Shown piece by piece: positions 1-7,891 of a stretch of 32,000 nt of DNA (position 1 is the stretch's first letter; each line of letters starts with the position of its first letter). The stretch comes from Sinorhizobium meliloti. Lineage in GTDB: Bacteria > Pseudomonadota > Alphaproteobacteria > Rhizobiales > Rhizobiaceae. Under the pieces are notes generated by a model. That model worked only from the letters and a program-made list of their open reading frames with translations, had not been told where the DNA came from and ran no database searches. Location: assembly GCF_017876815.1 (NCBI RefSeq), contig NZ_JAGIOS010000002.1, positions 60,001 to 92,000 on the forward strand, read 5' to 3'. The position numbers were made by a program, and so were the translations under genes.

Positions 1-400
1 CATGGGCGATCTTCACGACTTCCGCGGTGACGGCGACATTATATTCGTAGCTCGCGACGGTCTTGCCGTCCTTCTCCAGCGAGCCGTCCATCATCACCGA
101 GGTGAAGCCGTTGGTGATCGCCGAGATGCATGTCGACGGCTGGTCGCCATGGTCGAGGTGGAGGCAGACGGGGATATGCGGATATTCTTCCGCAGCGCCG
201 AGGATCAGATGGCGCAGAAACGCATCGCCGGCATAGGCCCGCGCACCGCGGCTCGCCTGCAGGATGACAGGAGAGTCGGTCGCATCCGCGGCTCTCATGA
301 CGGCCTGGATATATTCGAGATTGTTCACATTGAAGGCCGGCAGCGCGTAATCGTTCTCCGCCGCGTCGTCGAGCAGTTGCCGCAATGTGATCAATGCCAT
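1..400 (-). CDS. fba: Class II fructose-bisphosphate aldolase, N-terminal fragment (gene runs off the left window edge)
   Basis: Not in the ORF track because it has no stop in the window. The reverse strand from ATG (400-398) reads [59 protein letters not shown]...[10 protein letters not shown]...[10 protein letters not shown]. This is the hallmark N-terminus of class II FBA/CbbA. GGAG (reverse complement of 407-410) lies 6 nt upstream. The listed + ORF 2..406 is its antisense shadow. Confidence 0.9.
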   Translation of the reverse strand, partial: MALITLRQLLDDAAENDYALPAFNVNNLEYIQAVMRAADATDSPVILQASRGARAYAGDAFLRHLILGAAEEYPHIPVCLHLDHGDQPSTCISAITNGFTSVMMDGSLEKDGKTVASYEYNVAVTAEVVKIAH

Positions 401-1045
401 TCTTAACTCCCTGATGCTCCGCGCCACTCCAGGCGCCAGTTCAAGGGCACAATAGTTCATGCGGGGCGTTTGGCAACCGGGCCGGCGGTCCTGCCGGTCG
501 CTTGATGGACGTGCGTCAGACCAAATTGCTGTGGATGAGAAATACCCCTGTCAGAAATCGCTACTTTCGCCCTCTGGTGGTGTTGCCAATCTCAGTTGTG
601 CCCACAGTGCAGCCGCGGGTTTTCTCTTCCGCCGGCAGGTTCGGTCCGGAACGTGGACGCGTTCGGCATCCGCAGGTGGGTGAGCCGATTTGCAAAAAGA
701 TTGCAGCGATAGGGGCAATTTTTTATGCATATTACGTAAAGTGCCGCTACAATTCATGAAGGTTGCATGACTGCTCTTTCGGAGCATTCTTCCGTGACGA
801 AGCGCAACATGCCGAAGCGATCTACAACGTTGCAGGTGGATGTCCGCGCGCCGGGGCCGGTCGCCAGAGCCGCGTCGCGAAAGGGAGGAAATTCGTCGCA
901 AACGCCTATACAATCTACGCGATCATTGTTGTTCGCGTTTTAAAGAGAAGGATGCAATTTTCCGGGCAGATCGCTTGCGTTCGCTGAAAATTTGCACTTC
1001 TCTCCTGCGATCAATGAACCCAAAACGAGGGGAAGGAGAAGAAAA

Positions 1046-2644
1046 ATGGCTTCACTGAAACTCAATCTCAGGGCCGCTGCGCTCATAGGCTCGCTGCTCA
1101 TCGGGGCAAGCCCCGCGCTCGCCGAGGCGGTACTTCACCGCGGCAATGCCGGCGAACCGCAGACGCTCGACCAGGCCCACACTTCGATCAACATCGAGGA
1201 GTTCATCCTCAAGGACCTCTATGAAGGCCTGACGATCTACGATGCCGCGGGCAAGATCGTTCCGGGCGCCGCCGAAACCTGGGAGCTTTCGGACGACGGT
1301 ACCGTCTACACGTTCAAACTGCGTGCCGATGCCAAGTGGTCTGACGGCTCGCCGGTGACGGCAGAGGATTTCGCCTTCTCCTTCCGCCGCGTGGAGGATC
1401 CGAAGACGGCGGCCGAATACGCCAACATCCTCTTCCCGATAAAGAACGCCGAAAAGGTCAACAAGGGCGAAGTGCCGGTCGACCAGCTCGGCGTAAAGGC
1501 CGTCGACGAAAAGACGTTGGAAGTTACTCTCGAGCGGCCGACGCCGTTCTTCCTGGAACTGCTCGCACACCAGACGGCGCTTCCGGTCAGCAAGGCAAGC
1601 GTCGAGAAGAACGGCGCGGACTTCGTCAAGCCGGGCGTGATGGTTTCGAACGGCGCGTTCAAGCTGACGGCACATGTGCCGAACGACAGCCTGACCGTGG
1701 AGAAGAACACCAATTATTGGGATGCCGCCAACGTCAAGCTCGACAAGGTGATCTTCTATCCGATCGACGACCAGGCGGCATCCGTTCGTCGTTTCGAAGC
1801 GAAGGAAATGGATCTCGCCTACAACTTCTCCGCCGACCAGATCGAGCGCCTGCGCACGTCCTATGGAGAGCAGGTGCACGTTTCCCCGACGCTTGCCACC
1901 TACTACTACGCGTTTGATACGCGTCAGGAGCCCTATAACGATGTCCGCGTCCGCCGGGCACTTTCGATGGCGGTCGACCGCGACTTCCTTGCCAAGGAAA
2001 TCTACAGCGGTTCGCAGCTGCCGTCCTATTCGATGGTCCCGCCGGGCATCGAGAGCTACGGCGACCCCGCCAAGGCCGACTTTGCCGACATGTCGCAACT
2101 CGACCGCGAGGACAAGGCGATCGAGTTGATGAAGGAAGCCGGTTACGGCGAGGGCGGCAAGCCGCTCAACATCGAAATCCGCTACAACACCAACCCCAAC
2201 CATGAGCGTGTCGCGACAGCGGTCGCCGACATGTGGAAGAACACCTTCGGCGCCAAGGTCTCGCTGGTGAATCTCGACGTGTCGTCGCACTATGCCTACC
2301 TGCAGGAGGGCGGCAAGTTCAACGTTGCGCGTGCCGGCTGGGTCGCCGATTACGCCGATGCCGAGAACTTCCTGGCGCTGAGCCTCAGCACCAATAAGAC
2401 CTTCAACTACGGACACTTCGAAAACGCCGAATTCGATGCCCTGATGAAGAAGTCGTATGAGGAACAGGATCCGGCGGCACGGTCGAAGATCATGCACGAG
2501 GCTGAAACTCTGCTGATGAAGGAGCAGCCGATCGCGCCGTTCCTGACCCAGGCGGACCTCTGGCTCGTTTCGGAACGGGTCAAGGGCTGGCAGGACAATG
2601 CGCCGAACGCGCATCTGAGCAAGTTCCTGAGCGTCGCCGAGTAA
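1046..2644 (+). CDS. oppA: Periplasmic oligopeptide-binding protein (ABC family-5 SBP, OppA-like)
   Basis: ORF 992..2644. I prefer ATG 1046 because it is preceded by GGAAGGAGAAG and gives the signal peptide MASLKLNLRAAALIGSLLIGASPALA. Long collinear similarity to E. coli OppA as I recall it (AETWE..DG..YTFKLR..AKWSDG.PVTA.DF.., ARAGW.ADY). It is the first gene of an SBP-permease-permease-ATPase operon. Confidence 0.9.
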   Translation: MASLKLNLRAAALIGSLLIGASPALAEAVLHRGNAGEPQTLDQAHTSINIEEFILKDLYEGLTIYDAAGKIVPGAAETWELSDDGTVYTFKLRADAKWSDGSPVTAEDFAFSFRRVEDPKTAAEYANILFPIKNAEKVNKGEVPVDQLGVKAVDEKTLEVTLERPTPFFLELLAHQTALPVSKASVEKNGADFVKPGVMVSNGAFKLTAHVPNDSLTVEKNTNYWDAANVKLDKVIFYPIDDQAASVRRFEAKEMDLAYNFSADQIERLRTSYGEQVHVSPTLATYYYAFDTRQEPYNDVRVRRALSMAVDRDFLAKEIYSGSQLPSYSMVPPGIESYGDPAKADFADMSQLDREDKAIELMKEAGYGEGGKPLNIEIRYNTNPNHERVATAVADMWKNTFGAKVSLVNLDVSSHYAYLQEGGKFNVARAGWVADYADAENFLALSLSTNKTFNYGHFENAEFDALMKKSYEEQDPAARSKIMHEAETLLMKEQPIAPFLTQADLWLVSERVKGWQDNAPNAHLSKFLSVAE

Positions 2645-2651
2645 CGAACAG

Positions 2652-2681
2652 AGGCGACGCGCGGGCACCCGCGCGTCGCCT
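2652..2681 (+). promoter_or_regulatory. Intercistronic GC-rich stem-loop between oppA and oppB (13-bp perfect stem, 4-nt loop)
   Basis: AGGCGACGCGCGG (2652-2664), loop GCAC, CCGCGCGTCGCCT (2669-2681), read directly. No U-tract follows. The oppB GGAG ribosome-binding site follows immediately. The position is typical of SBP/permease differential-expression hairpins. Confidence 0.6.
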
Positions 2682-2695
2682 CCGGAGCCAAGTCC

Positions 2696-3619
2696 ATGAT
2701 CTCCTTCATCCTTCGCCGGCTGGCGAGTGCGGTGCCGACGCTGTTCATCGTCGTCACCATATCCTTCTTTCTGATGCGTTTTGCCCCCGGTGGGCCCTTC
2801 AACCTCGAGCGTCCTCTCCCGCCCTCCACGATGGAGAACCTGATGAGGACCTATCACCTCGATCAGCCGCTCTGGCGCCAATACGCTACCTACCTAGGCA
2901 ATGCGGTCACGGGCGACTTCGGTCCGAGCTACATCTACCATGACAACAATGTGGCGCAGCTGATCGGCAAGGGCCTGCCCTATTCGATGGAGCTCGGCTT
3001 TTACGCGCTGGTACTCGCGGTCGTCGGCGGCGTCATAACGGGAACGATCGCCGCATTGCGGCAGAACAGCTTCCTGGATTTCGCGGTCATGTCGGTTTCC
3101 ACGATCGGGGTCACCGTTCCGAACTTCGTCGTCGGTCCCGTTCTGACGCTGATCTTTGCGATCGCGCTCGCGTGGCTGCCCGCCGGCGGCTGGGGGGACG
3201 GTTCTCTCCGCTTCCTCATCCTGCCGATGATCGCGCTCGCGCTTCCCCAGCTTGCAGTGTTCGCCAGGCTCACACGCGGCTCGATGATCGAGGCGCTCAA
3301 CACGGATCATATCCGCACCGCGAAAGCCTATGGCCTGCCGTCCCGCGCCGTGGTCGTGACGCACGCCATGCGCGGTGCCATGCTGCCGGTCGTCTCCTAT
3401 CTTGCTCCTTGCGCCGCCGCCCTCCTTACGGGCTCGGCCGTGGTGGAAACGATCTTCACTATACCGGGGGTCGGGCGCTACTTCGTGCTCGGAGCAATCA
3501 ACCGCGACTATACGCTGGTAATGGGCACCGTGATCCTCATCGCGATCTTCGTCATCCTCTTCAATCTTCTGGTCGATATTCTCTACGGCCTGCTCGATCC
3601 GAGGGTTCGCCATGACTGA
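2696..3619 (+). CDS. oppB: Oligopeptide ABC transporter permease (OppB-like)
   Basis: 307 aa. N-terminus MISFILRRLASAVPTLFIVVTISFFLMRFAPGGPF and the EAA-loop region GSMIEALNTDHIRTAKAYGL are near-collinear with E. coli OppB as I recall it. GGAG lies 8 nt upstream of the ATG. Confidence 0.9.
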   Translation: MISFILRRLASAVPTLFIVVTISFFLMRFAPGGPFNLERPLPPSTMENLMRTYHLDQPLWRQYATYLGNAVTGDFGPSYIYHDNNVAQLIGKGLPYSMELGFYALVLAVVGGVITGTIAALRQNSFLDFAVMSVSTIGVTVPNFVVGPVLTLIFAIALAWLPAGGWGDGSLRFLILPMIALALPQLAVFARLTRGSMIEALNTDHIRTAKAYGLPSRAVVVTHAMRGAMLPVVSYLAPCAAALLTGSAVVETIFTIPGVGRYFVLGAINRDYTLVMGTVILIAIFVILFNLLVDILYGLLDPRVRHD

Positions 3620-4742
3620 TATCGCTCAGATTCCCGCATCGACGCCCGAAACCAAGGGCCGCAGCCTCTTCCAGCTTGCAACGCTGCGCTTCCGCCGCAA
3701 CCGCCCGGCCATGGCCGGTTGCGTCATGCTGGTGCTCATCGCGCTGTTTTCATTCGTCGGTCCGCTTTTCTCGCCTCACAGCTACGATCAGGTCTTTCCG
3801 TCCTATGTCACGATCGGCCCCAGCCTCGAGCCGCGCCCGGATACGTCGACGCTTCAGGACGTGATGGAGGGCGTGGCGACCCGTGCACGCGTCACGCTCA
3901 CGGAATTCAACGTCGACGGCGAAACCTTCACCGCCACGGTGACCTCCGATAAGCCGATCGATCCCCGCGCCACGCGCTATTTCGACCGGGCAAACGAGTT
4001 CGAGAACTCCAAGGTGGTCGCGACGGAGAACGATGGCCGTACCCTGAAGGTCGAGGGCGAGGTGGCGCGGGAATATTTCCCCTTCGGCACCGATTCCAAT
4101 GGCCGCGACCTGCTTGTCCGGGTGATGCTGGGCGGCCAGATCTCCATCGCCGTCGGCCTGCTGGCTAGTCTCGTTTCGCTCGGCATCGGCGTCGTATACG
4201 GGGCGACCTCGGGCTATATCGGCGGGCGCGTCGATAACGTCATGATGCGCCTGGTAGAGATCCTCTATTCGCTGCCCTTCGTTTTCCTCGTCGTGGTGCT
4301 CGTCGTCTTCTTCGGCCGCAGCTTCATCCTGATCTTCCTGGTGATCGGGGCTGTCGAATGGCTGGATATGGCCCGCATCGTGCGCGGCCAAACGCTGGCG
4401 CTTAAGCGGCGCGAGTTCGTTGGAGCGGCGCAGGCGCTGGGTCTGACCGATTGGCAGATCATCCGCCGGCACATCATCCCGAATACGATCGGTCCGGTCA
4501 TCGTCTTCGTCACCGTCGTCGTGCCGAAGGTCATCCTGCTCGAAAGCTTTCTGTCGTTCCTCGGACTGGGCGTGCAGGCCCCGCTTACGAGCTGGGGTGC
4601 GCTGATCTCGGAAGGTGCGAACAACATACAGTCGGCGCCGTGGCTCCTGATCTTTCCCGCCATCTTCTTCGTCGTGACGCTGTTCTCGCTGAACTTCGTC
4701 GGCGACGGCCTGCGTGATGCGCTCGACCCGAAGGACCGCTGA
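3612..4742 (+). CDS. oppC: Oligopeptide ABC transporter permease (OppC-like) with an enlarged first periplasmic loop
   Basis: 376 aa. From GRDLLVRV to the C-terminal GDGLRDALDPKDR it is collinear with E. coli OppC. It overlaps the oppB stop by 8 nt. There are about 80 extra residues between TM1 and the GTDSNGRDLL motif. Confidence 0.9.
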   Translation: MTDIAQIPASTPETKGRSLFQLATLRFRRNRPAMAGCVMLVLIALFSFVGPLFSPHSYDQVFPSYVTIGPSLEPRPDTSTLQDVMEGVATRARVTLTEFNVDGETFTATVTSDKPIDPRATRYFDRANEFENSKVVATENDGRTLKVEGEVAREYFPFGTDSNGRDLLVRVMLGGQISIAVGLLASLVSLGIGVVYGATSGYIGGRVDNVMMRLVEILYSLPFVFLVVVLVVFFGRSFILIFLVIGAVEWLDMARIVRGQTLALKRREFVGAAQALGLTDWQIIRRHIIPNTIGPVIVFVTVVVPKVILLESFLSFLGLGVQAPLTSWGALISEGANNIQSAPWLLIFPAIFFVVTLFSLNFVGDGLRDALDPKDR

Positions 4743-4743
4743 C

Positions 4744-6345
4744 ATGACAGAGATGAAGGACTCCATTCTCGCTGTACGTGGCCTGAAGGTCGACTTTTCC
4801 ACCCCCGACGGCACCGTCGAAGCGGTCAAGGGCATCGATCTCGACGTCCGTTCCGGCGAGACGCTCGCGGTCGTCGGCGAATCCGGCTCGGGCAAGAGCC
4901 AGACCATGATGGGAATCATGGGCCTGCTCGCCAAGAACGGGACGGTGACCGGTTCGGCGCGCTATCGCGGCCAGGAACTCGTAGGGCTCGCACCGAAGGC
5001 CCTGAACAAGGTGCGCGGCTCGAAGATCACCATGATCTTCCAGGAGCCGATGACCTCGCTCGATCCGCTCTACACCATCGGCCGTCAGATCGCCGAGCCG
5101 ATCGTCCATCACCGCGGCGGCAGCTTCAAGGAGGCTCGCAGGCGCGTCCTCGAGCTCCTGGAGCTCGTCGGCATTCCCGAGCCGGGGCGGCGCATCGACA
5201 GCTATCCGCACGAGCTTTCCGGCGGCCAGCGCCAGCGTGTCATGATCGCCATGGCGCTTGCCAACGAGCCGGATATCCTGATCGCCGACGAGCCGACGAC
5301 CGCCCTTGACGTGACCATCCAGGCCCAGATCCTCGATCTGCTCAAATCGCTGCAAAGGCGCTTCGGCATGGCGATCGTGCTGATCACCCACGACCTCGGC
5401 ATCGTCAAGTACTTCGCCGACCGTGTCGCGGTCATGCGCCGGGGCGAGGTCGTGGAGCAGGGGATGACGGCTGATATCTTCGAGCGGCCGAAGGGGGACT
5501 ATACCAGGATGCTGCTGGAGGCCGAACCGAGCGGGCGCAAGGCTTCGCCCCCCGACAACGCCCCGATCATCCTGGAGGGTCGCAATGTCGCGGTGGACTA
5601 TACGATCCCAGGCGGCCTCTTCCGCGGGGCCTCGGCCGCTTTCCGTGCCGTCGACGGCGTCAATCTTAGGCTCAGGCAGGGTCAGACGATCGGCATCGTC
5701 GGCGAATCCGGCTCCGGGAAATCGACGCTCGGCAGGGCGCTGCTGAGGCTTCTGCCGAGCAGCGGTTACTACCGCTTCGGCTCGACCGACATTTCCGGCT
5801 TTGACCGCGGCGCGATGCGGCCGCTGCGCCGCCAGCTGCAGCTCGTCTTTCAGGACCCCTACGGGTCGCTCTCGCCGCGCCGGACCGTGGGGGAGATCAT
5901 CACCGAAGGCCTCCATGTGCATGAGCCCGACCTGAGCCGTGCCGATCGCGACCGCAGGGCCATCGCCGCGTTGAAGGAAGTCGGCCTCGATCCCGCGTCG
6001 CGCAACCGCTATCCGCATGAATTCTCCGGCGGACAGCGCCAGCGCATCGCAATCGCCCGCGCGATCATCCTGAAGCCGAAGGTCGTCATTCTCGACGAGC
6101 CGACTTCGGCCCTCGACCGGTCGGTGCAGGGGCAGGTGATCGAACTCCTGCGCGATCTGCAGGAAAAGCACGGTCTCTCCTACATCTTCATCAGCCACGA
6201 TCTTTCGGTGGTGAAGGCGATGTCTGACTATGTGATCGTGATGAAGAACGGCCGGATCGTCGAAGAGGGAGAAACGGACGCGATCTTCGATGCGCCGAGG
6301 GAGCCCTATACGAAGACGCTGATCGGCGCGGCGTTCAACGTGTGA
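4744..6345 (+). CDS. Fused double-domain ABC ATPase (OppD-OppF fusion type; GsiA/YejF-like architecture)
   Basis: Two Walker A motifs (GESGSGKSQ and GESGSGKST) and two signature motifs (LSGGQRQRV and FSGGQRQRI). I prefer ATG 4744 (AAGGA 8 nt upstream, 1 nt after the oppC stop). The track start 4714 is in frame and remains possible. Confidence 0.9.
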   Translation: MTEMKDSILAVRGLKVDFSTPDGTVEAVKGIDLDVRSGETLAVVGESGSGKSQTMMGIMGLLAKNGTVTGSARYRGQELVGLAPKALNKVRGSKITMIFQEPMTSLDPLYTIGRQIAEPIVHHRGGSFKEARRRVLELLELVGIPEPGRRIDSYPHELSGGQRQRVMIAMALANEPDILIADEPTTALDVTIQAQILDLLKSLQRRFGMAIVLITHDLGIVKYFADRVAVMRRGEVVEQGMTADIFERPKGDYTRMLLEAEPSGRKASPPDNAPIILEGRNVAVDYTIPGGLFRGASAAFRAVDGVNLRLRQGQTIGIVGESGSGKSTLGRALLRLLPSSGYYRFGSTDISGFDRGAMRPLRRQLQLVFQDPYGSLSPRRTVGEIITEGLHVHEPDLSRADRDRRAIAALKEVGLDPASRNRYPHEFSGGQRQRIAIARAIILKPKVVILDEPTSALDRSVQGQVIELLRDLQEKHGLSYIFISHDLSVVKAMSDYVIVMKNGRIVEEGETDAIFDAPREPYTKTLIGAAFNV

Positions 6346-6374
6346 GGCAGCGGCAGGCATTTTCGCGTGGATTC

Positions 6375-6505
6375 GCCCCTCATCCCGCTGCCGCGACCTT
6401 CTCCCCGTTTGACGCGTTTCGACGGGGAGAAGGGAAACGCGGTGCCGCCGAGGCCACGAAAGTCCCCTCTCCCCGCATGCGGGGAGAGGGTTAGGGTGAG
6501 GGGCC
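6375..6505. repeat. REP/RIME-like nested palindromic intergenic element between convergent genes
   Basis: Hairpin 1: CCTTCTCCCCGT (6397-6408) pairs with ACGGGGAGAAGG (6422-6433). Hairpin 2: CCCTCTCCCCGC (6465-6476) pairs with GCGGGGAGAGGG (6479-6490). Outer imperfect arms are CCCCTCATCCC (6376-6386) and GGGTGAGGGG (6494-6503). The motif GGGGAGAGGGTTAGGGTGAGGGG is of the type dispersed in rhizobial genomes. Confidence 0.7.
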
Positions 6506-6547
6506 TTTTCTCGCAGGGCCGATGGCAGGGTCGCCCGACCCGACCGA

Positions 6548-7891
6548 TCACCGCTCCTCCGATAACGCCTTCTTGTCGAGCCCGAACTTCTGCATCTTTT
6601 CATACAGCGTCTTGCGCGAGATGCCGAGCGACTCGTAGACGGGCTTCAACGCGCCGCCATGGGCCGCAAGGGCGCTGGCGATGACGCTCTTTTCGAAGGC
6701 GGCCACCTTGTCGGTCAGGCGCTGGCCGTTCGCCGGTGCGAGCGCCTCTTCGCGTTCGACTTCGAGCCCGAGGACCAGGCGCTCGGCGGCATTGCGCAAC
6801 TCGCGCACGTTGCCGGGCCACTCGCGTGCGGCCATTTCCGAAGCGAGCGCGGGCGAGACGACGATGTCGTCCCGGCCGTAGCGAGCGGCGGATTCGCGGA
6901 CGAGCTGCATGAAGAGCAGGGGGATATCGGAGCGGCGCTGCGAAAGCGTCGGCACTCTCAAGGTTGCGACGTTCAACCGGTAAAGCAGGTCGGCACGAAA
7001 GCGGCTGCTTGCTACCTCGCGTTCCAGATCGACCTTGCTGGTGGCGATGAAGCGAACATCGAGCGGTACGGTCTCGTTCGAGCCGAGGCGCGTTATGACC
7101 CGCTCCTGCAGCACGCGAAGGAATTTCGCCTGGAGATCGAAAGGCATGGAGCCGATCTCGTCGAGCAGGATGGTGCCGCCGCGGCCATGTTCGAATTTGC
7201 CGTAGCGCGGCCTGAGCGCTCCGGGGAATGCGCCCGGTTCGTGCCCGAAGAGCTCGCTTTCGATCAGGTTTTCCGGAAGAGCCGCGCAATTGATGGCGAT
7301 GAACGGGCCGCTCGCGCGGCTGCTCAAATCGTGGAGCGCGCGGGCGACGACTTCTTTTCCAACTCCCGTTTCGCCGATGATCAGCGTATCGGCGTCGGAG
7401 GCGCCGATCGCCCTGATGCGGTAGCGCAGGTCGACCATTGCCTGGCTTCGCCCGGGCAGCCGCTGTTCGATGTCGTCGCGTTTGCCCGCAACGGCCCGCA
7501 GGCGGCGGTTTTCGAGCACGAGACTGCGCCAATCGAGCGCGCGGCGAATGGTGCCGGCAAGCATCTGGGCGGTGAAGGGCTTTTCGACGAAATCATAGGC
7601 GCCTTCGCGCATCGCCCGGACCGCAAGTTGCACATCGCCGTGTCCCGTCACCAGGATCACCGGCAGTTCGGCATCGATCTCCCGGATGCGCTGCAGAAAG
7701 GTCATTCCGTCCATTCCGGGCATGCGGATATCGCTGATGACGACGCCGTGGAAGCTAAAGGCGATGCGTTCGAGTGCATATTCGGCGCTGGCGAACGTAT
7801 CCACCCGGAAGCCGGCGAGTTCCAGGGCCTGAGCGCTGGAGCGACGCAGTTCCTCTTCATCGTCGACGAGCAGGATGCGGCTTTCGCTCAT
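6548..7891 (-). CDS. Sigma54-dependent response regulator (NtrC family, DctD-like)
   Basis: 447 aa. It has a receiver domain (LLVDDE..., SDIRMPGMDG), an AAA+ domain (GETGVGKEV, GGTILLDEIG, ESELFGHE) and a C-terminal Fis-type HTH (ISRKTLYEKMQKFG). The start overlaps the upstream kinase stop as ATGA. Confidence 0.9.
   Translation of the reverse strand: MSESRILLVDDEEELRRSSAQALELAGFRVDTFASAEYALERIAFSFHGVVISDIRMPGMDGMTFLQRIREIDAELPVILVTGHGDVQLAVRAMREGAYDFVEKPFTAQMLAGTIRRALDWRSLVLENRRLRAVAGKRDDIEQRLPGRSQAMVDLRYRIRAIGASDADTLIIGETGVGKEVVARALHDLSSRASGPFIAINCAALPENLIESELFGHEPGAFPGALRPRYGKFEHGRGGTILLDEIGSMPFDLQAKFLRVLQERVITRLGSNETVPLDVRFIATSKVDLEREVASSRFRADLLYRLNVATLRVPTLSQRRSDIPLLFMQLVRESAARYGRDDIVVSPALASEMAAREWPGNVRELRNAAERLVLGLEVEREEALAPANGQRLTDKVAAFEKSVIASALAAHGGALKPVYESLGISRKTLYEKMQKFGLDKKALSEER

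Noticed and set aside
2-406. 134-aa + strand ORF at the left edge
   Set aside because: It is an antisense shadow of the class II aldolase gene read on the minus strand. Its translation is Arg/Asp/Gly-rich with no family resemblance.
713-730. Sigma54-like GGCAATTTTTTATGCA in the fba-oppA intergenic region
   Set aside because: The spacing is again GG-N11-GC, one base too long, so it is probably just AT-rich sequence.
1052-2881. 609-aa minus-strand ORF opposite oppA
   Set aside because: The opposite strand has unambiguous OppA similarity. Long antisense ORFs are expected in GC-rich DNA. The translation is Arg/Gly/Val-rich low-complexity sequence.
4585-6603. 672-aa minus-strand ORF opposite the fused ATPase gene
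   Set aside because: The plus strand carries two full Walker A/signature/Walker B sets. The minus ORF is an antisense shadow that also runs through the repeat element.
6306-6684. Two small ORFs (81 aa minus, 105 aa plus) inside and across the palindromic repeat
   Set aside because: They are translations of a REP/RIME-like palindrome (for example LTLTLSPHAGRGD). This is a classic source of spurious hypothetical proteins.
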